A stretch of DNA of 64,000 nt, taken from assembly GCF_006345805.1 (NCBI RefSeq), contig NC_043009.1:27094001-27158000 (forward strand), written 5' to 3'. Positions 1-31,065 of the stretch are shown piece by piece. Under the pieces are notes generated by a model. It did not search any database. It saw nothing but the letters and a program-made list of their open reading frames with translations, and had not been told where the DNA came from. The first letter of the stretch is position 1; every line of letters begins with the position of its first letter. The position numbers were made by a program, and so were the translations under genes. Source of the stretch: Octopus sinensis (lineage: Eukaryota).

Positions 1-743
1 TCGTAACATAACAAAAGTAAAAATAGCAATTGGTATAAAATTGCATCAATGATTTGAACTTAAATAAGTGGTTTCACATGAATGGGAATAAATTAAAAGT
101 AAAATTAGCGTGCAGAAATGGAATAGTCCAGATGGATAATAAAAAATTAAATTAAAGAAAAGACTATTGTCTATAAAGTATACAATGTAGAGAAAAAAGG
201 TTTGAACACATGGAGGAAAGCACCTTCGAAAAGTATCTTGGTGCGACTATGAAAGGTATCTAATCAGAGGCGGTAAATTCGCCACAATAGAAGCAAGGTT
301 CGAGCCGACGAAGCGTGCAAGGGAGTACTCAACTCGAACTTGCAAAGTGGAAATAAAATATTTTTACCTTTATATCTGGGACGTAGGACGTCCCGGAAAA
401 AAATTAAAAATGCCCCCCCCCACCCAGAAGTAGAGGTAGGCTGGATTGTAGCCACACTTCTATTCAAGAGGGAGGACAAGATACAATTGATCGAAATTAC
501 AAGGACGGGCTAACAATTCCAGTCTGTTATATATTTTGAGTATTGTTATCACTAGCGATATCAAGATATAACTTTGTATTTTGTATTTTATGTGTAGATG
601 TATATATATAGATGTACATACAATATGTACACATATATATACACATATATACATGCGCTAGCTCTATGACCCGGCAACGACGGGTCTTTAATGCTGGTAT
701 TATATAAAGAAAAGTAAAAGATATGCCATTAAAAGACATAAAA

Positions 744-1062
744 TACGAGGGTGAGTCAAAAAGTGATGCCATTTTGTTTAGGACAGGTATATTTACCAAC
801 ACAGGAACATGTATCATACATCAAAATGAAGCTGGCCCTCTGTGGATCACATTCCTACTCCTCAACATAGTCACCGTTTCTCTCAATAGCAATGTTCCAC
901 CTTCGAATGAGAGCATGTATCTCTGCCCCGAAAAATTCTGCTGACTGTTCTTTGAGCCATTTCTTCACTACAGTTTTCACTTCCTCGTCACTGGAATAAT
1001 GCTTGCCTCTCAAACCCTCTTTCATGGGGCCGAAGAGATGATGGTCTGAAGACGCTAAATTA
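744..1062 (-). mobile_element. Mariner transposon 3' fragment with terminal inverted-repeat end
   Basis: Reverse frame reads LASSDHHLFGPMKEGLRGKHYSSDEEVKTVVKKWLKEQSAEFFGAEIHALIRRWNIAIERNGDYVEE*, matching the mariner PDLAPSDYHLF C-terminus. Ends in tacgagggtgagtcaaaaagt. Specific to gene A intron 5. Confidence 0.85.
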
Positions 1063-1209
1063 TTCCAGTGACTAAATTATTCCAATAACCTATTAAATTT
1101 GCTTGCAAATGTCACGCTTATTAATAAAAACTAGTTCAGATTTCTATGTCGTGTTTGTCTTGTACGGGCCCCTTTGTTAGAGTAGGACATCAATTCGGGG
1201 TGTGTACTA

Positions 1210-1445
1210 TGACCAACTGGACAAATCTAATGCAGCGATTCACCAGAAACGCCCAGCGTCTGCTAATCGTCTTCCTTTATGCCAATGCCAGACCAAACAC
1301 TTCTTTGCAACCGCGGCAGAAATTACTGTGACTTAGCTGGAAAGTTTCACCGCACCCCTATATCCGTCCGACCTTGTACCTTCAGGTTTTCGCCTTTTTT
1401 GATCTCTTCAAACTTCATTTAATGAACAGAACTTCAACTCTGAAG
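1210..1445 (+). mobile_element. Decayed mariner transposase fragment in intron 5; also at ~23000-23235 and ~43630-43855
   Basis: Translation resembles the HDNARPH...RQKLL...W.V.PHPPYSPDLAPSDFHLF region, with stops. Present in all three gene copies, so it predates the duplications. Confidence 0.7.
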
Positions 1446-1792
1446 GATCCACTATTGTTGATACAATGCATTTATTGTAAACATAGAAATTAAAACTGCA
1501 TATATATAGAATGGTAATTGTGAACAAGGGAAATATATTCTATCATTATTGGTAGAATAAATTCATTGTATCCATAGATATTAAAACTGACAGATGTATA
1601 AGGAGGAACAAGAAATAAGAAAGGGAGTAAAATCTAGGAAATTATTTATCGAGAGATGGAGCAAAAAGAAATTTCAGTTATATTTTCAATATTTGATTTT
1701 CACCCGATTAAACAGGTTTGAGTTGCTGAAAAATAATGGAAATAGAATTATGTTGAGTAAAATAGATCTAAACAAAAATATACTTAACTCAC

Positions 1793-10037
<8,245 letters not shown>

Positions 10038-11281
10038 GGTAAAAACACAATTGTTTTAGAGTTTCTCTTTAAATTTGCAATGTTTTACCTAGAACAAAAT
10101 TTGAACAAACAAAACATCAAATAAGTGAGTAAAATTACTTAAATTTTCTCAGTCTATAAATGTTAGTGTAGAAATTTCCCTTTACTTTCGGAGGTAACAC
10201 TCCTGTAAGTTTTGTAAAAATTGCAAATTTACTACAAATATGTAAGCAAGACAATTCTTTTCGAAGTCCTAACAACTCTACTAATCCAACATTCGTTATT
10301 GATTATAATATCAATAAGTCATGTCTCAAAGTTTGTACTTTGTACGCATTAATAGAACTTCACATGCACAAGATCAATGAACAACCATAAATAATTACGT
10401 AAATAAAATAATGAAAAGGAGATGTTAACAACGAGTGTAGACTATGTAAGGAGTACAAAGAAATATATGATCTCAACACTCTGGTTGTTGAGTCCTTCTA
10501 GAGCTTGATTATATTTATGGTACTGAGGGAGTTAGTAGCCATGTTAAGGGAGCAATGTGCCCTAACGTGAAGGCGAAAACCGGGCAAGAAGTAGTAGTAA
10601 TGTGTATGAAAGTGTGACACGTTCTAGCATGGCCATTTTGGAATCGCTACATTTTCTACCTCCACTCCTGTTTCTCTCTGTCTCTCATCCTCTGTGTGGG
10701 CATATTTACCTTTATGTTTATGAGGAGAGAGAAAGTCTTTATGTCAATAATGTTCAGTTATTAAATTGCAATATCTCTCTCCCACTCACACACTTTCTGT
10801 CTAGCAGCACCAAATGTACTGTCGCTAAAACAGGTTAAATCTCCAATGAGCCGTGCCAAATTGTCAACGTCCAAACAGCTGCGCTCATTCGTTTCATACT
10901 GCGTACCAAATCTGTTACAAGAAACGAGCTGACCACAGTTAACTGGAATATCGCTTTCCCGACTGACAAGGAGATCCAGTCAAAACTTCCAGAAGCAATT
11001 GTGAAGGATTGGCATGAATATACATAACTTCTCGATTCCTTTTAACCAACTCAACACCCAAAATTGAATCAAACAAAACGGGAAGCATCAAAGCGGAAAC
11101 AGTTTTAAAAAATTGCGCAACAAGATACGATGAATATAAGAGCAAAATCTATACAAAGGCAGTCGACATTACACGCTGTTTATCCATAAACTACATTGAA
11201 AACAAAAAATTTTAATTCAATAATCACTTTGCAATAACCTTTGTACACACCATAATCTTACATGATTTTTATAATAGAATG

Positions 11282-11390
11282 ATATCACTTTGAATGCACC
11301 GGTTCTGGTTCGATTAATGAAGTTAAGCAACACCCAGTCTAGTGAGTACTTAGACGGGTGACCGATTGGGAAATCTAGGTGCTGTAAGCA
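11282..11390 (+). pseudogene. 5S rRNA-like pseudogene or 5S-derived SINE head
   Basis: atcactttgaatgcaccggttctggttcgattaatgaagttaagcaacacccagtctagtgagtacttagacgggtgaccgattgggaaatctaggtgctgtaagca aligns colinearly with invertebrate 5S rRNA (GCACCGGUUCU, GAAGUUAAGCAAC, AGUACUUGGAUGGGUGACCG, GGUGCUGUA). About three quarters identical by eye; the 5' ~10 nt are missing. Confidence 0.75.
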
Positions 11391-12036
11391 CCTCACACTT
11401 TCTATAGGTTCAGGCGTGACTGTGTGGTAAGGAGCTCGTGACTGTGTGGTTAGGAGTCTCACTGCGTGGCAGATAGAGTAAGTGACTTTCACTATAGCCT
11501 CAGGCCGACCAAAGCCTTGTGAGTGGATTTCGTAAACGAACAATGAAAGAAGACCGTGGTATGTATATATATATAATACACATAAAGGGTGAAATATAAT
11601 TAATTTAATAAAATTAATAAATTTCACCTAGTAGTTTTTTCGGTATGGAAATGACCATATTTGGTAAGGATTATATTAATTATAATAAAGGGTTAATTGC
11701 AACAAGTTGCTCAAAACCACATACCGAAAATATTAGAAAATATTTCTAATATTTTCGGTATGCGGTTTTGAGCAACTTGTTGCAATTATATATATATATA
11801 TATATATATAAGTAAAAGCAATTAAGGTTCAAGTCAGTTCCAACGAATTCACTTGAATGCGGTACTTAACTTAGATGCACCAGAAAACTATATGGTATTA
11901 ACCATCCAATAATGTGGAGTGATTATAAACGAGAAAAAAGCAACAAGAATGGATTAGTTTTTTAGTACAATTGTTTCATACAAAGACATGAAACAATTGT
12001 ACTAAAAAACTAATCCATTCCTGTTGCTTTTTTCTC

Positions 12037-12113
<77 letters not shown>

Positions 12114-12163
12114 TGTATGTATGTGTGTGTGTGTGTGTGTGTACGTGTACATATATATATATA

Positions 12164-12467
12164 TACGGCAAATAAGAAAACGGAGAGGATATAAAATCGA
12201 CAGACATCAGCCAATAAGCATTCAAGTATGTCTATTTATTCTGTTGTATTGGAAGAATACACACACATGTATGAGTAATGCAGATTAACGAGTAGAAAAA
12301 GCTGGTAACTACATACACAAGGGTGTGGATACGTACAAGTATACAGAACCAAATAAGCAAAAGTATAAATGGGTGTGCACCCATATATTGAATAAATAGA
12401 CATACTTGAATGTTTACTGGCTGATGTCTGTCGATTTTATATCCTCTTTGTTTTCTTATTTGCCGTA
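12164..12467. mobile_element. MITE with ~80-bp terminal inverted repeats and TA ends
   Basis: tacggcaaataagaaaacggagaggatataaaatcgacagacatcagcc...ggctgatgtctgtcgattttatatcctctttgttttcttatttgccgta. Confidence 0.75.
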
Positions 12468-15099
12468 TAAATCATGCGTAAATCACTTTTTTACTCCCGC
12501 CCATATATAATACACACACACACACACGTATATATATATATATGCATGTATATATATATATCTGTATGTATATGTATGTATATATAGAGACAATTTAAAA
12601 AAAAAACAAAAAAAAAAAAACAAATGATGAAGACCGGTGTATAAACAACAAACGGATGTATTAGTTTAACGCTCTGGAAGTGACAAAGTCTTTTACGTTT
12701 CGAGCCTACGCGCTTCGACAGAAACGAACACAGAAATAAACGGAGAGAAAATAAAAAACGTTTAGTGGCTAACGCTCTGTCATGGTGAATGATGGACAGA
12801 GGGGTCACACAGGAGACCTAGGAAGAAAGGGAGATAATGAGGAAGTATATATATATATATATATATATATATTAATACTTTTGTGTGTTTGTATGTCTTT
12901 CTGTCTGTGTTCCACACCATCGCTTGACAACCGATGTTGGTATGTTTACGTCCCCATAACTTAGTGGTTCGGTAAAAGACACCATAGAATAAGTACTAAG
13001 CTTACAAAATATAAGTCTTGGGGTCGATTTATTCGACATAAAAGCCCTTGAACGCGGTGCTCCAGCATGACCGCAGTCAAGACTGAAACAAGTAAAAGAA
13101 TAAAAATGAATAATTAATATTCAATTATATAACACTACCAAACCACATAACTCAGTAGGCTCTACTGAGATAGTCATGGTCTGGGTCAATGATGGACGAA
13201 CCCTGTCTACATATTTGCCACCTATAAAACCACGCAACACATAGTTTATAAAAAAAAAGAAACATTCTGGGCACACGGTGATATACTTGGCGGTACAGCA
13301 AAAACTTCTGTTCTACTCCAGGTACAATGCCGGAAATTTTTGGGGAGGGGCCAGTCGATTAGATTGACCCCTGTACGCAATTGGTACTTAATTTATCGAC
13401 CCTGAAAGGATGAAAGCTAAGGTCGACATCGGCCAAATTTGAACTCAGAACACAAAGACTGACGAAATACCTGTTTCTTTACTACACACAGAGAGGACAA
13501 ACAAGGACAGACAAACGGATTAAGTCGATTATATCGACCTCAGTGCGTAACTTGTACTTATTTAATCGACCCCGAAAGGATGAAAGGCAAAGTCGACCTC
13601 GGCGGAATTTGAACTGAGAACGTAACGCCAGATGAAATACGGCTACGCATTTCGCCCGGCGTGCTAACGTTTCTGCCAGCTCGCCGCTTCAAAACTAGCA
13701 GAAAATTATTGAAAACATCATATCTGAAAAATATCCAAAGGAGTGAATATTTAGTGCAGATGTAACATCAAAATATATCTTTGTTACTTGTTTCAGTCAT
13801 TGGATTGCAGCCATGCTGGGGCACCACTTTGGAAGGCACAGTTGAACAAATTTACGCCAATACATATTTTTTTAAAGTCTGGTATTATATCTGCCACTTT
13901 TGCAAAAAGAAGGTTAAAGAGAAGTAAACAAACCAATATCGGTTGTCAAACGCAAGAACACACACACAGGCTATACACAGTTTCCGTTTACCAAATTTGC
14001 TCACAAGTCATTGGTTAGATCGGGGCTACAGTAAAAACGAAAACACTAGCGCAACATGCCACACTGCGTGATTCAATCCCATTTGGGTGCATAGCGAGCG
14101 TCTTGGCGACACCCCCATGTCGACAAAAGTTTTCCACATTTTGTAAATCAGTAGAGTTTCAATAAATAACTGACGTGCTTAATATTCGTTTTGAAATTTG
14201 GCACTAGGCTAATAATTTTAGGGGAGGGTTAAGTCGATTGCATCGAACCCCAGTATTCAACCGGTACTTATTTTATCGATCCAGAAGGGATGAAAGGCAC
14301 AGTTAACCTCAGCGGAATTTGAACTCAGTACGTAAACACGGACAAAATACTCCCTTAACTAGTGTTCATAATATTGTTAAAGCAACATACCTTAGTGATC
14401 ATAACATTGACAACATGAACCATAATTTCATATAAGCTGTAAACCTACCTGTATTTACGGCAATCTTTTCTCAAACCACAAATTATTTTTTTGTGTGCTT
14501 ATATACGTGAACGCGTTTGTGTGCGTTTGTATGTGCATGTAAGTGAGAGAAGAAGAAGGAGAAAGAGAGAGGGAAAGGGCGAAAGAGAGAGAGAGAGAAT
14601 GTATGAAGAAAGAAATGTATTTGTGAAAATGCGTTTGTAGGGACAGTTCTCAAAGAAAACCGTAAATATTTGTTTTCATATCAAAATAAAACAAAGAAGC
14701 ACAAGACTATCCAAGACAAAGTAATGATATTTGTTAATCCTGCCTCGCTCGGCTTTGCTCCACTACTTAACAAATTCGCGCATATATTAAAGTTTAGTGG
14801 GCCAGTAAATGTTTACCACTCTTCTTTTTACCATTTGACCTCATTGCTTTGTATTTATATGTCGCAATTTTAAGTTATTTGTATAAATTATATTTATAAC
14901 ATTTGACAGTGTAGACATGTAAAGGAGTAAAGTATTCCATATCTAGTTGTAGCAAGAAAGCGTATAACTTGTCATTTCATATATTCATTTAACAAATTAT
15001 CAATGTTATAGTCTTCTAAAGGTTAAATAGAAATTCAGTGAAGCTAAAATTAAGCAAACAATTATATATATATATATATATCTGACCCAATATTCCTGA

Positions 15100-17490
15100 T
15101 TAATTGATTGTTCAGGTAACTCCTCCATAGATTCCTCTCAGAATTAAACGTCAATACACTTTCTGGTTGGGTTCCTAAGTTTGATCAAATGTGGATGTGG
15201 ATATTATGTACAACCTTCTCATTCTTGGTCGACCAATAAGTCTCCTGCTTGTTTTGTCGTCTTGAGGAATCAGTTTCGCAATTCTTTTCTGAGGCGTTCT
15301 AATCACATGTCCAAAGTATCGTAGTTCTCAATAAGAGAACATAGCGACTTAAAACGCAGAGAATTCCTGATTTCTGAGTTACATGTCTTGTCAAGTAACG
15401 TTACATCAATGATTCTTCGGCGAACCCCCATTTTGATGTGGGTCCCGCATCTCTATCTCTTTTGGGCTTCAGGTACTTGGTTGATATTTCTTGTTCCTGT
15501 ATTGCAAACGCGTATCCTTCAAAGTGGGAGGTAGTAATCTGGATATTGGTCCATGATAAACTGCTTTGATGATCGATGTTACTATCAGCACGGAGCTTTC
15601 AACTAACATATCCATGCATAGTCTTCTGTTCATATAGGCTCATCCTTTCATGGGATGATACGTTGCGGTAGAGTTGTGCAACTTCTTTGGGCATGTGGTC
15701 TAGTTTATCAGATAAAGAATGTTGCTGAAGGGGCTGCCTTTTAAGTCTTATGATGTTATCAGCCTCATGTATGCAAACTTGGTCAAGAGATGCACTTGGT
15801 GGTTAAAATATGTTGCCGGAGGGATATGATGCGACATTCAAAGGCATTTTGGATCGATGTTAAGCCTCTGCCGCCTTGTTTACGTTTTTGGTAAACGCGG
15901 TCTACATCACTGTTTATGTAGAAATTATGTGTGCTTGTTAGTATTTTTCAGGTTTTCACATCAATGGCTCGTATCTCATCAAGCGTCCAATCAAGCAGCC
16001 CAAATGTTGGTATGAGTACGAGCACTACATTGTGGGTCACTGTTTTATTGAATCCTGAGAGCTTTGAGGTCCAAAGTTTCTTTATTCGGTTGTAATATTC
16101 TTTAGAGACACGTGTTTTGCTACAGGTGTCATTGTATGATATATTTTCATCCACCCCTAGATAGCTGTAACATTCCTCGTCAGATACAGAGGAAACAGTC
16201 AAAACATTGATGGAGATGTTACTTGTCTGGTTTATAATCTTCCCCCTTTCAAAAACCACATAACAACATTTATCCTGACCAAACTCCAACATCATTTAAG
16301 ATTGTTGTAACTAGGTCAAGGCTCTTTTTAATCTCCTGCATATTCTTTGCATAAAGTTTTACGTCATTCACAAAGAAATAGTGTGTAATTTTGGTTTCCA
16401 AGTGAGCCAGTGAGATATCCTTCAAAGTTCCTTAATATGAATGACAAGGAGTTTACAGAAAGTATAAACAACATCACAAAGAGGCTGTCCCCTTGGACTA
16501 TGCCTTTGCGATATTGTATCCTGTTGGTGATAACACAATCGTTACTCTTTGTGTTTAATTTCAAGATGATGGCCCACGATGAAGTCAGGTCAGCTATGGC
16601 TTTGACTATTCTCACTGGAACTTTAGTAAGTTGAAGGGCTTCTAGCACCCATGAGTGGGGAACATAGCCAAAGGCTTTCTTGTAATCTAACCACATTGAA
16701 ACTTGGTTCTTCTTATGCTCCCGCACCTCTAACATCACAGTTTTGTTGATTAGCAATTGCTCGGCACATCCCCAGACTCCCTTTTCTCCAGCTGCATGTT
16801 CTGCTGTGATAATATTATTGGTTTCACAATGGTCTTGGAGGAAGGGGTTTAAACATGATATGTATATCTTATACATTAAGTTCTGGTATGCAATTGTCTA
16901 GTAGTTTGTTTGTCATGTGTGTGATTCTGTATTTGAGGATCAATTTTGTCTCTACCAGAGCTAACCAGTGTGGTATGCTACGGTTCCCAATGAAAGCTTA
17001 GTGATACAGATTGATAAGATATGATCGGTAGAATGTTAGCTTCTTGTACCAATATCCAACAATCAAGTCTCTCCAGGTGCTTTTCCATCCTGGAGTTTCT
17101 GGATCACAGTTGCAAGAGCTTCACCATCAATGTTGTATGTCTTGGATGTAACGCACAGCAATAACTCTTCCGAATTCTTTGAAGTCACAGAGCATCTTGG
17201 TTAAATTCCTTCACTTCCCTCTAGATTTTCCCCAGAAGGAGTCTATGTCTTCTCGTGAAGGAGCTTCCATGATATTTATTGCTCCTCCTCTCATGTCTCT
17301 GTATACTTATGCCTGGTTGCGGTTAATTTTTTTTGTTTATTTTTCTTCCCTCGGTTATTCTCTTCAGATATCGGAGTTTTTCACTGACAGCTTTTAGCTC
17401 CTGCTTTAGGGTAATCGGTTTGCAAGTGAGTGTCCCCTTTTTGCTGTCACCAAACATCATTTCTATCTCCTTCTTTACTTTCTGTTGGTG
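15100..17490 (-). mobile_element. Decayed R4/Dong-clade (RLE-type) non-LTR retrotransposon
   Basis: Broken frames containing WLDYKKAFGYVPHSW, GIVQGDSLFVMLFILSVNSL, EFGQDKC and YLGVDENI...LIPTFGLLDWT. Multiple stops and frameshifts. Confidence 0.8.
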
Positions 17491-17508
17491 GGACGTATAA
17501 TAATAATG

Positions 17509-17591
<83 letters not shown>

Positions 17592-17616
17592 AATAATCAT
17601 AATAATAATAATAATA

Positions 17617-17668
<52 letters not shown>
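17490..17668. repeat. Compound (AAT)n/(GAT)n microsatellite; paralog at ~38090-38248
   Basis: Direct reading. Confidence 0.95.
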
Positions 17669-18739
17669 TAATATTCCTTTCTTTATTAGCCACACGAGCC
17701 GTCAAAAATCAGATTGGACGCTACAAAGCATGGCGGACAAAATAGGGTTACATAAAGTGTCATGTAAAATGTGAAGAACAATGAAAAGTATAACAAAGAA
17801 AATGCCTAAAAGCGGCAAGCAACGTTCACCACATTCTCTCACCTTTTAACAAAATTGCTGGAAGTCAGCACTTCTCTCTCAACCCCCACTTTCCTAAAAG
17901 TTGATGAGGGATAGGCCAAAGAGAAAAAGTATTTCTCTTCAGTTCTTTCAGTCTAGACCACCACACAACCTCTTTCGCTACAGCCACGAGGCAGATGGAA
18001 ATTGTTTTCCCTTTCCGGCTTAAGGAAGGCAGAGGAGAAATCTACATAATAGAATCAGCCGACAGGCGGCCATGTTTTACACCTGACAGCAGGTATTGTA
18101 TGTTTTACTGGTTGATTAAATAGCAAAAGATTCATCCTTACAAGTATATATACAATATATATACATACAGGAAAAAAGAATATAAAGAATAAAAAAATAA
18201 AGAATAAAAATATTATATATATATATGTTAAGAATGCAAAACCACGTGTGAAGAAGGAGAAGAAGAAGAAGAAGAAGCAGAAAAAGAAGAAGAAAAGAAG
18301 AAGAAGAAGAAGGAGGAGGAGGAGAACAAGAAGAAGAAGAAAAAGAAGAAGAAGAAGAAGAAGAAGAAGAAGAAGAAGAAGAAGAAAAAGAAGAAGAAGA
18401 AGAAGAATAAGAATAAGAATAAGAAGAAGAAGCAGCAGCAGCAGCAGCAACAACAACAGCAAAACAAGAAAGAGGGCGAAGAAATGGAAGGAGTAGAACA
18501 GAAAAAAGAAAAAGTAAATGAAATCAAGAGAAAATATAAATATCTGAAATGTAAAATAAAAAAAGTAAAAAATAAGATTAATAGTAATTGGGAACAGTGG
18601 GGAGAAGATTTGAGTTTATCAAAAATACCCAAATGGAAGATTCAGGAATGGTCACTATTCTTGTGTTCTTCTCAAAAGTTGACCTGGGTTACGAGGTCAC
18701 CTCTTCAGTTCTCACAGGTAGGATGGTATATATACACAT

Positions 18740-18777
<38 letters not shown>

Positions 18778-18903
18778 GCACACACACATATATATATATA
18801 TACATATGCACATATACAAATATACATATACATATATCACTATGCATATATAGTGATATATAAAAAAATATAGCGGCGTACGTACACTTTGGTCTCTTAT
18901 ATG

Positions 18904-18944
<41 letters not shown>

Positions 18945-19587
18945 AAGGGTAAAATTAATTAATTAATTAGTAATTAATAATGCTACCAAGTTGTGTTCAG
19001 CATGTTAAAAGGACCATTTTCGGTAAACTTAAACATTACTTTTTATAATTATGAGTATAATTATAATTAGGGTTCAGCAAAAAGAATTTGCTTTGCCACA
19101 TACCGAACTTTTAGAAATAGCAGCCAAATAACTTAGCTGAACCCTAATTGTAATTATAATTATACTCATAATTATAAAAATTAATGTTTATATATATATA
19201 TATATATAATATATATGCATGTATTTGTGTATGTATGTGTATATATGGATATGTATATGTGTATGTGCATATATGCATATTTGTATATATGTATGTATGA
19301 GAGTGTGTATGTGTATGTATATGTGTGTGTGAATACGTGTATGTATGCATATGTGTGTGTATATGCACATATAGGTATATATATATATATGTGTGTATGT
19401 GTATATGCGTATGTATATATACACCATCCTACCTATGAGAACTGAAGAGGTGACCTCGTAACCCAGGTCAACTTTTGACAAGAACACAAGAATAGTGACC
19501 ATTCCTGAATTTTCCATTTGGTTATTCTTGATAAACTCAAATCTTCTCCCCACTGTTCCCAATTACTATTAATCTTATTTTTTATTT

Positions 19588-29508
<9,921 letters not shown>

Positions 29509-30752
29509 GGTAAAAACACAATTGTTTTAGAAATTCTCTTTAAATTTGCAATGTTTTATCTAGAACAAAATTTGAACAAGCAAAACATCAATTAAATAAG
29601 TAAAATTACTTAAATTTTCTCAGTCTATAAATGTTAGTGTAGAAATTTTCCTTCACTTTCGGAGGTAACACTCCTGTAAGTTTTGTAAAAATTGCAAATT
29701 TACTACAAATATGTAAGCAAGACAATTCTTTTCGAAGTCCTAACAGTTCTACTCATCCAGCAATCTTTATTGGTTCAATGAGTCATATCTCAAAATTTGT
29801 GCTTATACGCATAAATAGAACGTTTTATTTTACATGCACAAGATCAATGAACCGCCATAAATAATTACGTAAATAAAATAATGAAAAGCAGATGTTAACA
29901 ACGACTGTAGACTATGTAAGGAGTACAAAGAAATATATGATCTCAACACTCTGGTTGTTGAGTCCTTCTAGAGCTTGATTATATTTATGGTACTGAGGGA
30001 GTTAGTAGCCATATTAAGGGAGCAATGTGCCCTAACGTGAAGGCGAAAACCGGGCAAGAAGTAGTAGTAATGTGTATGAAAGTGTGACACGTTCTAGCAT
30101 GGCCATTTTGGAGTCGCTACATTTTCTACCTCTCCTCCTGTTTCTCTCTGTCTTTCATCCTCTGTGTGAGCATATTTACCTTTATGTTTATGAGGAGAGA
30201 GAAAGTCTTTATGTCAATAATGTTCAGTTATTAAATTGCAATATCTCTCTCCCACCCACACACTTTCTGTCTGGCAGCACCAAAATGTACTGTCGCTAAA
30301 ACAGGTTAAATCTCCAATGAGCCGTGCCAAATTGTCAACGTCCAAACAGCTGCGCTCATTCGTTTCATACTGCGTACCAAATCTGTTACAAGAAACGAGC
30401 TGACCACAGTTAACTGGAATATCGCTTTCCCGACTGACAAGAAGATCCAGTCAAAGCTTCCAGAAGCAATTGTGAAGGACTGGCATGAATATACATAACT
30501 TCTCGATTCCTTTTAAACAACTCAACACCCAAAATTGAATCAAACAAAACGGGAAGCATCAAAGCGGAAACAGTTTTAAAAAATTGCGCAACAAGATACG
30601 ATGAATATAAGAGCAAAATCTATACAAAGGCAGTCGACATTACACGCTGTTTATCCATAAACTACATTGAAAACAAAAAAAATTAATTCAATAATTACTT
30701 TGCAATAACCTTTGTACACACCATAATCTTACATGATTTTTATAATAGAATG

Positions 30753-30861
30753 ATATCACTTTGAATGCACCGGTTCTGGTTCGATTAATGAAGTTAAGCA
30801 ACACCCATTCTAGTGAGTACTTAGACGGGTGACCGATTGGGAAATCTAGGTGCTGTAAGCA
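30753..30861 (+). pseudogene. Duplicate of the 5S rRNA-like sequence
   Basis: Near-identical to 11282-11390. Confidence 0.75.
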
Positions 30862-31030
30862 CCTCACACTTTCTATAGGTTCAGGCGTGACTGTGTGGTA
30901 AGGAGCTCGTGACTGTGTGGTTAGGAGTCTCACTGCGTGGCAGCTTGAGTAAGTGACTTTTACTATAGCCTCGGGCCGACCAAAGCCTTGTGAGTGGATT
31001 TCGTAAACGAACAATGAAAGAAGACCGTGG

Positions 31031-31065
<35 letters not shown>

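Noticed and set aside
1-740. Search for gene A exon 6 (ESPRW exon)
   Set aside because: No matching sequence in the window, so A cannot be called either intact or a pseudogene from this window.
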